Shown: one piece after another, positions 10,071 through 18,709 of the stretch
How positions within the stretch are numbered: the first letter of the stretch is position 1
Layout: every line of letters begins with the position of its first letter
Source of the DNA: an uncultured Eubacteriales bacterium
Lineage (GTDB): Bacteria; Bacillota; Clostridia; Lachnospirales; Lachnospiraceae
Length of the DNA stretch: 64,000 bases
NCBI GenBank assembly: GCA_949284175.1
Contig: CASDVE010000012.1
Location: 12,906-76,905, forward strand
Reading direction: 5' to 3'
Notes under the pieces: model-generated
The model's input: the letters and a program-made list of their open reading frames with translations, nothing else
Database searches by the model: none
Told to the model about the DNA's origin: nothing
Made by a program: the position numbers and the translations under genes

Positions 10071-10958
10071 TCATGCTCCAATTGCTCTTTTCTTCTCTCT
10101 TCCACTTCCAAGAATGAGAATTACAAGGAATAAAATGGCTGTGATCAATCTTAAATAAGAAGATTTCATTCCAAAAGCGATGGCAATGGATACACAGGCT
10201 TTATAAAAAAACGTTCCTACAATTACCGCTGTTGTCGCTTTAATCCGACGAAAACGTTTTAAAACTTTTGTTCCAATAATCACACTGGCAAGCCCAATGA
10301 CAATGGAACCAGTTCCAATGGATAATTCAAAAAATCCTTGCTTTTGGCAATACACACTGCCAGCCAATGCAACCAATCCATTGGCAAGAGCCAGCCCTAT
10401 GATCTTCACCATTCCTTTATCTTTTGCTAAAGCGATAACAACAACTTCATTATCTCCAACAGCACGAAGAAGATATCCGGATCTGGTTTTTAAATATCCA
10501 TCCAATAAAAATTTTACAATCATAACAATGACAAAGGTAATCATGACAATCATAACATCAGCGGACTTAGAACCTTGAAATTTTGCTAATAACGGATTAT
10601 CAAAAATTGTATTTTGACCAAAAATAGGAAGATTTGACTTATCACCCGCAATGGCTAGATTGATGGAATAAAGCCCTGTCATAACAATAATTCCTGAAAG
10701 CAAATCCCGAACTTTTAACTTGACATGAATCAGTCCTGTTACTGTCCCTGCAATCCCTCCAGCCAAAAAGGAAAGTGGCAGTGTAAATAGAGCAGGAACA
10801 CCAGCGAGTATCAAACTCGCTGTAACAACTGCTCCTAACGGAAAGGTGCTATCAACAGATAAATCCGGAAAATCTAATATGGAATATGTGATATAAACCC
10901 CAAGTGCCAATATGGCATAAATAAAACTCTCTTGCAAAACACCAAGTATGATTGACAT
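10071..10958 (-). CDS. ABC transporter permease (PF04392-type uptake system)
   Basis: 295 aa polytopic membrane protein lying between the SBP and ATPase genes of the same operon. Confidence 0.8.
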   Translation of the reverse strand: MSIILGVLQESFIYAILALGVYITYSILDFPDLSVDSTFPLGAVVTASLILAGVPALFTLPLSFLAGGIAGTVTGLIHVKLKVRDLLSGIIVMTGLYSINLAIAGDKSNLPIFGQNTIFDNPLLAKFQGSKSADVMIVMITFVIVMIVKFLLDGYLKTRSGYLLRAVGDNEVVVIALAKDKGMVKIIGLALANGLVALAGSVYCQKQGFFELSIGTGSIVIGLASVIIGTKVLKRFRRIKATTAVIVGTFFYKACVSIAIAFGMKSSYLRLITAILFLVILILGSGREKKRAIGA

Positions 10959-10970
10959 AAAATAAACCTC

Positions 10971-12011
10971 CTATGATAGCGTATCGATGGTATCAAACAT
11001 CTCAGTGGCACTTTTCACCAAATCTTCTGGCAATGTGATACCAAGCTCATTCGCTACTTTTGTATTCCCATAAAAAGAGGCTTTTTCTATCACCTCATAT
11101 GGCATATCACTGGCTTTTGCCTCACCTTTTAACACTTTTCCTGCCATTTTACCAGTTTGTTTACCAAGCTCTACATAGTCAAGTCCCATAGCAGAAAGGC
11201 ACCCTTTCTTCACCTGTTCTACTTCACTTCCAAAAACGGGAATACCTGCTTTTTTGGCTTTATCAAGAATCACTGGCAAAGAACTAACGACAGTATTATC
11301 CGTTAAGTTCGTAATACAATCTACTTTTTTTACGAGATTATCCGCAGCAAGGGGTATATCAGCCGTTGTGGAAATTCCGCTCTCCACAATTTCAAAACCA
11401 TATTGTGTTGCAAGCTCTTTATATTCTGCAATGGCGGATGTGGAATTTACTTCACTTGTGCTATACATAATACCGATTTTTTTTGCTTCTGGCAAAATGC
11501 TACGAATCATTTTTAATTGTTCTTCTATTGGAAGTTTATCACCTGTTCCAGTGATATTGCCAACTGGTTTCTTATCCTCTGTTGCCAATTGGGCAAGCAC
11601 TGGATCTGTTACCGCTGTATAGATAACAGGTATATCACTATTTTTTGTTGTACTGTATGCTGTTTGAGCCATTGGCGTTGCGATGGCACAGACTAAATCC
11701 GCTTTTTTTGAAACAAAATTATTGATGATTTGAGCTCCTGTGGCACTTTCTCCATTGGCATTTTCATATAAAACTTCTAAATTCTCCCCTTCTTTGAATC
11801 CCTCTTCCTCAAGTCCTTTTAAAAACCCTTCTCTACAATTATCCAGTGAACCATGAACTGCAAACTGTGCAATTCCCACCGTATAAGTCTTTGATGAATT
11901 GCTTTCACTTTTTTGTCCTGTACTGACCGTACTAGTTGTACTTCCGCCACATCCTGTTGCCATCATTGCCATCATTGTTGTAATTAATAGTGTTGCAATT
12001 GATTTCTTCAT
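10971..12011 (-). CDS. ABC transporter substrate-binding lipoprotein (PF04392 family; predicted tryptophan-related uptake)
   Basis: Lipobox MATGCGG. I prefer the ATG at 12011, with GGAGG 8 nt upstream. It is preceded by a Trp-specific T-box leader. Confidence 0.75.
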   Translation of the reverse strand: MKKSIATLLITTMMAMMATGCGGSTTSTVSTGQKSESNSSKTYTVGIAQFAVHGSLDNCREGFLKGLEEEGFKEGENLEVLYENANGESATGAQIINNFVSKKADLVCAIATPMAQTAYSTTKNSDIPVIYTAVTDPVLAQLATEDKKPVGNITGTGDKLPIEEQLKMIRSILPEAKKIGIMYSTSEVNSTSAIAEYKELATQYGFEIVESGISTTADIPLAADNLVKKVDCITNLTDNTVVSSLPVILDKAKKAGIPVFGSEVEQVKKGCLSAMGLDYVELGKQTGKMAGKVLKGEAKASDMPYEVIEKASFYGNTKVANELGITLPEDLVKSATEMFDTIDTLS

Positions 12012-12097
12012 ACTTTTTTCCTCCATAATAAAGCATACGTTTTCGTGTTCATGTGAAATGTTAGAGGAAGGAAGTGGGGATACTCGTTATTTTTGCG

Positions 12098-12136
12098 AAA
12101 AAAAAGTCCCAGACATAGTTTCCTATGCCTGAGACG
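12098..12136 (-). terminator. Intrinsic terminator of the T-box leader
   Basis: Minus strand reads GTCTCAGGCATAGGAAACTATGTCTGGGAC followed by TTTTTTTT. The 5' arm (CTCAG) can alternatively pair with CTGAG of the T-box sequence to form the antiterminator. Confidence 0.85.
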
Positions 12137-12358
12137 AAAATTCTTCCGTGGTACCACTCAGTTTGACTTATCCAGTCCACTCCATTCATATACTAACATA
12201 TATGCCACTTTGATAACGGTCGTGGTTTCCCGTCATTCCCTACTATCATTCAAGAATGCCCTCAAAAGTCCATTCAGCTATAAACGCCACATCGTACTCT
12301 CACCTATGTACAACTCTCTGTAATATTGTTTGTTAGCTTACTTCTCTTTCTCAACGGT
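12098..12358 (-). promoter_or_regulatory. T-box riboswitch leader, specifier codon UGG (tRNA-Trp)
   Basis: Read on the minus strand:
- GA/K-turn TTGAGAAAGAGAAGTA
- AG bay CAGAGAG
- distal loop GGTGAGA
- specifier loop GAA-TGG-A (TGG = 12270-12272)
- F-box CCGTTA (12224-12229)
- T-box GAGTGGTACCACGG (about 12145-12160)
- terminator. Confidence 0.85.
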
Positions 12359-12380
12359 TTCATTTTTATTGTTGTCATTT

Positions 12381-12409
12381 ATCTTAATCCTTTTCTAGCC
12401 ATTTGTCAA
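12381..12409 (-). promoter_or_regulatory. Sigma-A-type promoter of the T-box/ABC operon
   Basis: Minus strand TTGACA (12409-12404), 17-nt spacer, TAAGAT (12386-12381). Confidence 0.6.
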
Positions 12410-12532
12410 GCAATTTTTTCCATTTTATTTTTCCAAATGTATATTTCCAAGATATACATACATAATCCAAGCTAAAAACAACAGAATAAATAAAAATATG
12501 ATTAATCTCAATAATATGTCATAAAACTAATA

Positions 12533-13618
12533 TTAATTGTCCTCATCTGATATGTTCATTTCAAGTTTATAGTATACATCTATATCCCGAATCATCTCAT
12601 CAATATCATCATTATTAAGTTCTTCGAGCCACTCCTGAAGTTCATTGATAGTAATAATCTCTTCAATAGATTTTTTATACCGCTTTTCTAACACTTCCAT
12701 ACCACATGTTCTCGCACATATATACTCTTCTATCTCTGAATACACAGAAGTTTTCGTCTGTTTTGTCTTGATCACAAAGCTAATTGGAAAATGCATGACT
12801 TTATCAATATCTAATAAATATTTATCATAATTATTCACTTCTGTTACTTGAAAAAATCTACCAACAGGACGCATTACAAAATCAATTCCACCATCATTAG
12901 CATTTGTTCTACCTGTTTTAAAAAGCTGAAGTCGTACCTCCTCAATAGTTTCTTTAGAATCCCCAAAATAGACTTTAAAATTTTTATAATGATTTTTTAA
13001 AATTGCATAGCTAATAATTTCAAAAATCCTTACTTCAGCATCTTCTGTAAGAAGGGCATTGATTTTTTCTTTCTTTTTCTTATGAGCAGTCAATTTACGC
13101 AACTCGTCTAAAGTATTAATCAGTGTATGATCTTTTTTCATAAGTAATTCTATATATTTTTCAACAATTTTACAAACTACTTTGCTTATATCATATTCAT
13201 TAACATAAAGATAGTCTATATGTATTAAATATTTTCCATTATTAATAATAATTAAATTATTTATAACATCTTTAAATTTATTTTTAAATTCTCCATTGAC
13301 CCTAGAATTCAATGCGTGGTTTTGTAATTTACTTCCACCATATAATCCTTTATAAAAATTCAATAGACGCATATAATCATAGCCTTCAAATCTTCTGTAC
13401 TTTTCTTTATCCCCATAAAAATCAGATTTATAAAAATATAAAATAGCATAAATGGCATAAATACTAGCAAGATTTCTTCGAGTTTTTGTATTTCCATGTA
13501 CTGCTTTCATTTTTTTATCAAGATATTGTAAAAGATAACTTTTATCGTATATGTCTTGAAATTCCTTTAAATAACATTCTTTTAAAATATCTTCTATAAA
13601 ACTTTCTGCTATTTTCAT
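12533..13618 (-). CDS. Putative type II restriction endonuclease (unassigned family; C-terminal Mrr/PD-(D/E)xK-like core)
   Basis: The start overlaps the stop of the upstream DNA methyltransferase (TAATG). The C-terminal segment FEIISYAIL...NDGGIDFVMRPVGRFFQVTEV resembles the restriction-endonuclease fold. The gene is very A+T-rich. Confidence 0.55.
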   Translation of the reverse strand: MKIAESFIEDILKECYLKEFQDIYDKSYLLQYLDKKMKAVHGNTKTRRNLASIYAIYAILYFYKSDFYGDKEKYRRFEGYDYMRLLNFYKGLYGGSKLQNHALNSRVNGEFKNKFKDVINNLIIINNGKYLIHIDYLYVNEYDISKVVCKIVEKYIELLMKKDHTLINTLDELRKLTAHKKKKEKINALLTEDAEVRIFEIISYAILKNHYKNFKVYFGDSKETIEEVRLQLFKTGRTNANDGGIDFVMRPVGRFFQVTEVNNYDKYLLDIDKVMHFPISFVIKTKQTKTSVYSEIEEYICARTCGMEVLEKRYKKSIEEIITINELQEWLEELNNDDIDEMIRDIDVYYKLEMNISDEDN

Positions 13619-14610
13619 TATTTATCCTCTCTAATATATTTAGACTTTGCATTTGTTTTTCTAACTTTTTCTTTCACAAGAGCTTTTCCTTTATATTCTG
13701 TTGCAATACCCGTTCTTCTTATGCCCATTTCAAAGAACTCATCATTCATATCAATACCAATTGCATTTCTTCCAAGTTTAGTTGCAACCGCAGATGTTGT
13801 AAATGAACCAGAAAATGGATCTAATACAATATCTCCTTCATTTGAAGAGGCTTTGATAATTCTCTCAAGCAAAGCTTCTGGCTTTTGTGTAGGATGATTC
13901 TCATATTCTTCCATTCTAAAACGCACTCTATTAAATTCCCATACATTTCCTGGTACTTTTTGTGTATTATATGGCTGAGGGGGATTCTTACGATAATCAA
14001 TTAATTTTCTTTTTGCTCCTGTTTTTGCCTCAACTAAAATATCCTCATAATTAAACGTATATTTGGATTTCGATGATTTATTAAACATTAAAATAGGTTC
14101 ATACAAAGAGCCAAATATTTTTTTTGATTGCACTCCTGAACTATCATATATCCAAACAATTCTACATAATACATTATACTTTTCTGAAATATATACATCT
14201 AAATATGGCATATGCTGTGTAGATGTCATTAAGTATATAGTTCCATCATCCTTTAATATCCTAACACATTCATCAATCCACTCTTTACACCATGAAATGT
14301 ATTCTTCTACTGTATCCCATTTATCAATGTTATTGCCAAAATCTTTCCCTATGTTATATGGAGGATCTACAAAAATTAAATGTACTGAATTACTTTTTAT
14401 CTGTTTTAATACTTCTATACAATCTCCTAATATAGCCATAGAATTGTAATTATGTATTTCCTCAAACATATTTTGTGAATTAAATAAATTGTTAAAATCA
14501 AAAGGAATAGGCTCTTCCTTCTGAAAACAGCCTTCCTTATCTATATCATCAGAATTTATAATCATAGTATTGTTCATCACTTTAAAACCCAATTGTTTAT
14601 AATTATCCAT
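13618..14610 (-). CDS. Beta-class DNA methyltransferase (N6-adenine or N4-cytosine; PF01555)
   Basis: Motif IV FVDPPYNIG precedes HPTQKPEALLERII and motif I VLDPFSGSFTT. I prefer the ATG at 14610 (GGAG 8 nt upstream) over the TTG at 14658. Confidence 0.85.
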   Translation of the reverse strand: MDNYKQLGFKVMNNTMIINSDDIDKEGCFQKEEPIPFDFNNLFNSQNMFEEIHNYNSMAILGDCIEVLKQIKSNSVHLIFVDPPYNIGKDFGNNIDKWDTVEEYISWCKEWIDECVRILKDDGTIYLMTSTQHMPYLDVYISEKYNVLCRIVWIYDSSGVQSKKIFGSLYEPILMFNKSSKSKYTFNYEDILVEAKTGAKRKLIDYRKNPPQPYNTQKVPGNVWEFNRVRFRMEEYENHPTQKPEALLERIIKASSNEGDIVLDPFSGSFTTSAVATKLGRNAIGIDMNDEFFEMGIRRTGIATEYKGKALVKEKVRKTNAKSKYIREDK

Positions 14611-14732
14611 ATGTCTATCTCCTATCTCTTCACATATGCTTTCATATGGTATCAACACTACACTATTAAAAATATATTATTTATACTTCATTCAAGTAAC
14701 AACACAAAAACTTATATTGATGTACTTCTTTT

Positions 14733-14767
14733 GAAAAAAAAGATCAATCCATTTTGGATTGATCTCT
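14733..14767 (-). terminator. yajC terminator
   Basis: AGATCAATCC / GGATTGATCT stem with a 5-nt loop, followed on the minus strand by T8. Confidence 0.75.
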
Positions 14768-14781
14768 TTTCTATCATTTCT

Positions 14782-15075
14782 TTATTTTTTCTCTTCCACA
14801 ACAGGAGCATTCACTTTTTCAACTTGAGCGATTGCCTGTTTTTGCATTGGAATTCTACAATTTTTGTTATTACCAAATTCTACGATAACAGTGTCATCCA
14901 TCACATCTAAAATGACGCCATAAAAACCACTTGTTGTAATAACGCTATCGCCAGGCTCCATTGATGCCCATAATTCTTCCATTTGCTTTTGCTGTTTCTT
15001 CTGTGGACGGATGGACATAAAATAAATAAGTCCTCCAAACAGAACGATATAAGCCACAATTATAGCGATTGACAT
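14782..15075 (-). CDS. yajC: Preprotein translocase subunit YajC
   Basis: 97 aa, one N-terminal TM helix, RPQKKQQK motif and GDSVITTSGFYG. Confidence 0.85.
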   Translation of the reverse strand: MSIAIIVAYIVLFGGLIYFMSIRPQKKQQKQMEELWASMEPGDSVITTSGFYGVILDVMDDTVIVEFGNNKNCRIPMQKQAIAQVEKVNAPVVEEKK

Positions 15076-15223
15076 TTTCTTATCTCCCTTTCTTTTTACT
15101 TAACCTGCCTGCGAATCTAAGAAACTCACAAAGTGTTTCCCTCATCGTTTACTTGTTAGCATTTATATATATATGGTCTCCCATACTATATGACTTTAGA
15201 CATGTTTGTCTGCGACTTTCTCA

Positions 15224-16369
15224 TCATTTATTTTGTGATTGAAAACCTTCTAACTTGGCTTTTTTATACTCTTGATAGCGTCCTTCTTCAATTGCCTCTC
15301 TTATTTCTTCCATCATTGTATTATAGAAGTAAAGGTTATGAAGAACACAAAGCCTCATACCGAGCATTTCTTTTGCTTTTAGCAGATGACGAATATAGGC
15401 TCTACTATATGTTTTACAAGCTGGACACTGACATCCTTCTTCAATCGGTCTTTTATCTAACTCAAACTTTTTATTAAACAGATTGATTTTTCCATGATTG
15501 GTATAGACATGACCATGTCTTCCATTTCTCGTTGGATATACACAATCAAAAAAGTCGACGCCACGATCCACCGCTTCTAAAATATTAGCTGGAGTTCCAA
15601 CGCCCATCAAATAGGTTGGCTTATTTTCTGGCAGATGTGGAACAACCTCATCCAAAATACGATACATTTCATCATGAGTTTCTCCAACTGCTAAACCACC
15701 GATGGCATATCCATCCAAATTCATTTCGGAAATTGTCTTGGCGTGTTCGATACGAATATCTTCATATGTTCCACCTTGATTAATGGCAAATAACATCTGG
15801 TGTTTATTAACCGTATCCGGCAATGCGTTTAAACGTTCCATCTCATTTTTACAGCGTTCTAACCATCTTGTTGTTCGATCCACAGAATTTTTTACATATT
15901 CTTTTGTGGCTGGATATGGGATACATTCATCAAACGCCATAGCAATCGTAGAACCTAAGTTGGACTGAATCTGCATACTTTCTTCTGGCCCCATAAAAAT
16001 TTTTCTTCCATCAATATGAGATTGGAAAGAAACGCCTTCTTCTTTAATTTTACGGAGTCCAGCAAGGGAAAACACTTGAAATCCACCAGAATCAGTAAGA
16101 ATTGGCTTATCCCATGCCATAAATTTATGAAGTCCGCCAAATTCTTTAATTAGCTTGTCCCCTGTTCTCACATGAAGATGATACGTATTGGAAAGTTCCA
16201 CTTGTGTCTTAATCTGTCTTAGATCATCTGTGCTAACCGCACCTTTGATGGCAGCAACGGTTCCTACGTTCATAAAAACTGGTGTTTCGATCACGCCATG
16301 CACTGTCGTCAATCTTCCACGTTTTGCCTTTCCATCTTTTTTTAATAATTCATACATTCTCTTCACCAT
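15224..16369 (-). CDS. tgt: Queuine tRNA-ribosyltransferase
   Basis: TPVFMNVGT, LTDSGGFQ, the Zn site CxCxxC (CQCPAC) and VLHNL motifs. Confidence 0.95.
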   Translation of the reverse strand: MVKRMYELLKKDGKAKRGRLTTVHGVIETPVFMNVGTVAAIKGAVSTDDLRQIKTQVELSNTYHLHVRTGDKLIKEFGGLHKFMAWDKPILTDSGGFQVFSLAGLRKIKEEGVSFQSHIDGRKIFMGPEESMQIQSNLGSTIAMAFDECIPYPATKEYVKNSVDRTTRWLERCKNEMERLNALPDTVNKHQMLFAINQGGTYEDIRIEHAKTISEMNLDGYAIGGLAVGETHDEMYRILDEVVPHLPENKPTYLMGVGTPANILEAVDRGVDFFDCVYPTRNGRHGHVYTNHGKINLFNKKFELDKRPIEEGCQCPACKTYSRAYIRHLLKAKEMLGMRLCVLHNLYFYNTMMEEIREAIEEGRYQEYKKAKLEGFQSQNK

Positions 16370-16438
16370 TTCTAAAATTTTCTCTAACTTGGTTATTGTA
16401 ACAAAAATTTAGTATAGTGACAAGGGGCATACTGCATT

Positions 16439-17548
16439 TTACCGGTTTCTATCGTAAAAATCTCTAATTACATCAAGTTTTGCTGTCATATTACACAAAA
16501 GAGCATCAAGAAGTGCGATGGCTGTCATAGTTTCCACTACAACAACAGCTCGTGGAACAATGAGAGGATCATGTCTTCCTTTGATTACCATATCCACTTC
16601 TTCTCCCTGTACATTCACTGTATGCTGTTTTTGTGCAATAGATGGTGTCGGTTTAAATCCCGCCCGAAGGATAATATCACTTCCATCACTAATGCCCCCT
16701 AGTATACCTCCTGCATGGTTTGTGGCTTTTCCAACCGTTCCATCTTCTTTTTTCACAAAAGAATCGTTGTTCACAGAACCAGAAGACTTCGTCGCCAAAA
16801 ATCCATCTCCAATTTCAAACCCTTTCACCGCTCCAATGGAACAAATAGCTTTTGCTAAATTAGCATTTAACTTATCAAATACTGGCTCTCCAACACCTGC
16901 TGGCATCCCTTTCACAACACATTCCACAATTCCTCCCGCAGAATCCAATCGCTCCATTAACTCATCCACATAATGCTTTGCCTGTTCAAAGGCTTTACGA
17001 TCCGGCATGGAAAGAGGATTGTTATCTCGTTCTTCCTTTTCAAATCTGTCCTTGCTAATCTCAATATGTCCAATGGATTTTGTATAGGCAAATACAGAAA
17101 TCCCCATTTGCTCTAATACTTTACAAGCTACGGCTCCACCTGCCACTCGTCCAATGGTTTCTCTTCCAGAGGAACGCCCTCCTCCACGATAATCACGAAA
17201 TCCGTATTTCTTATCAAAGGTGTAATCCGCATGCCCCGGTCGATATTTATCCATAATATTACTATAATCTTTGGAACGCTGATCTTGATTCCATACGATA
17301 AGAGAAATAGGTGTTCCTGTCGTCTTTCCTTCAAAGACTCCTGATAAAATCTCCACGCAATCTGATTCTTGTCGTTTTGTCGTATACTTTGACTGCCCTG
17401 GCTTTCTGCGATCTAGATATTTTTGAATATCTTCTTCTTGTAACATAAGCCCTGCTGGGCATCCATCAATAACAACCCCTACTGCCTTTCCATGAGTTTC
17501 TCCCCATGTTGTAATTCTAAATAATGTTCCAAATGATGAACCCGACAT
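16439..17548 (-). CDS. aroC: Chorismate synthase
   Basis: N-terminal FRITTWGETHG, RPGHADYT and GGGRSSGRET motifs. Confidence 0.95.
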   Translation of the reverse strand: MSGSSFGTLFRITTWGETHGKAVGVVIDGCPAGLMLQEEDIQKYLDRRKPGQSKYTTKRQESDCVEILSGVFEGKTTGTPISLIVWNQDQRSKDYSNIMDKYRPGHADYTFDKKYGFRDYRGGGRSSGRETIGRVAGGAVACKVLEQMGISVFAYTKSIGHIEISKDRFEKEERDNNPLSMPDRKAFEQAKHYVDELMERLDSAGGIVECVVKGMPAGVGEPVFDKLNANLAKAICSIGAVKGFEIGDGFLATKSSGSVNNDSFVKKEDGTVGKATNHAGGILGGISDGSDIILRAGFKPTPSIAQKQHTVNVQGEEVDMVIKGRHDPLIVPRAVVVVETMTAIALLDALLCNMTAKLDVIRDFYDRNR

Positions 17549-17714
17549 ACTACCACTCCTTACTCCTATACCAAGTATTAGTTTTTATACCAAAGTATAC
17601 ATGAGCCGACCAAAACTAGCAAGTAGAAACCCCAAAAATATTTCCTTCTTCTTCCACTTTATGTTATAATAGCAAATATCATATCTGATAAAAGTTAGCA
17701 AAGGAGTGTTTAAA

Positions 17715-18650
17715 ATGTCAGAATCTATGCAAGAAACAAAGAATACTCAAGGAGAATCTATGGCTGATTTCGAACAGGAATTAAATGCCTCCTTCCGTAA
17801 GATCGCTGAAGGCGATCTCGTAACAGGAACCGTCATTGGAGTAACAGAATCCGAAGTCACTGTGGATTTAAAATACTATACAGCTGGTATTATTAAAGCA
17901 TCTGAATTAAGCAATGATCCTTCTTTCTCTGCTCTTTCTTCCATTCATGAAGGGGATGAAATTACGGCAACCGTTCTTCGTTTAGACGATGGAGAAGGTA
18001 ACCTCCTCTTATCCATGAGAGAAGCAACCGACATCTTAGCTTGGCAAAAATTACGTCAATATTTCGAAGACAAAACCATTCTTCATGTAAAAATCGGCGG
18101 AATTGTAAATGCTGGTCTTATTGCCTATGTGGAAGGTATTCGCGGTTTTATCCCAGCTTCTCAGATCGGTCTTTCTTATGTGGAAGACTTAAATGAGTGG
18201 CTCTCAAAAGAATTGGATGTACAAGTCATTACCGTAGATGAAAAAGAAAACCGCCTCGTTTTATCTGGAAAAGCTGTTGCAAAAGAAAAAGAAGACGAAG
18301 AACTAAAGCATAAAGTTGCCCGTATCGTTCCAGGAACCGTTGTGGAGGGAACAGTGGAAACTCTCATGCCATATGGTGCTTTTGTCAATATCGGAAACGG
18401 TTTAACCGGACTTGTTCATATTTCCCAAATCTGCCAAAAACGTATTAAAAAACCATCTGAAGTATTAAAAGAAGGGGAAACTGTAAAGGTAAAAATCCTC
18501 AATACAGACAACGGAAAAATCAGCCTTAGCATGAAAGCATTAGAGGATGAAATGATCGCAGATCAAGTGGAGGAAGTATTTGATCTTCCTGAAACAGAAG
18601 CGACAACAACCAGTCTTGCTTCCTTGCTAAAAGGAATTAAACTAAACTAA
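17715..18650 (+). CDS. S1 RNA-binding domain protein (three S1 repeats)
   Basis: Repeated G.V.G.V....G..V....G..G..H.S motifs. The ATG at 17715 has AAGGAG 8 nt upstream. Confidence 0.75.
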   Translation: MSESMQETKNTQGESMADFEQELNASFRKIAEGDLVTGTVIGVTESEVTVDLKYYTAGIIKASELSNDPSFSALSSIHEGDEITATVLRLDDGEGNLLLSMREATDILAWQKLRQYFEDKTILHVKIGGIVNAGLIAYVEGIRGFIPASQIGLSYVEDLNEWLSKELDVQVITVDEKENRLVLSGKAVAKEKEDEELKHKVARIVPGTVVEGTVETLMPYGAFVNIGNGLTGLVHISQICQKRIKKPSEVLKEGETVKVKILNTDNGKISLSMKALEDEMIADQVEEVFDLPETEATTTSLASLLKGIKLN

Positions 18651-18666
18651 GCGTTCTTAATATGAA

Positions 18667-18708
18667 AAATGATGAGAAACTCGCAAAGCGTATTTCTCAT
18701 CATTTTTT
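18667..18708. terminator. Bidirectional terminator between the S1 gene and the HD-GYP gene
   Basis: 13-bp stem AAATGATGAGAAA / TTTCTCATCATTT with flanking A/T tracts. Confidence 0.75.
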
Positions 18709-18709
18709 G

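Noticed and set aside
14118-14125. A8/T8 homopolymer inside the methyltransferase coding sequence, as a possible phase-variation tract.
   Set aside because: Eight-nucleotide A/T runs are common throughout this A+T-rich window, including in housekeeping genes. The frame is intact. There is no evidence for slipped-strand switching from a single sequence.
12420-14781. Mobile-element hallmarks around the R-M insert (integrase, transposase, terminal inverted or direct repeats, tRNA target).
   Set aside because: None could be found by eye in the flanks (12420-12532, 14659-14781). I therefore do not call a mobile element, only a compositionally atypical insert.
16518-16973. 151-aa plus-strand ORF. 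The same applies to 22794..23207, 39000..39413, 11254..11622, 47441..47815 and many shorter track ORFs.
   Set aside because: All lie antisense inside well-supported conserved genes (aroC, ABC ATPase, asd, SBP, LRR protein). Their translations are low-complexity with no recognisable motifs. They are shadow ORFs.
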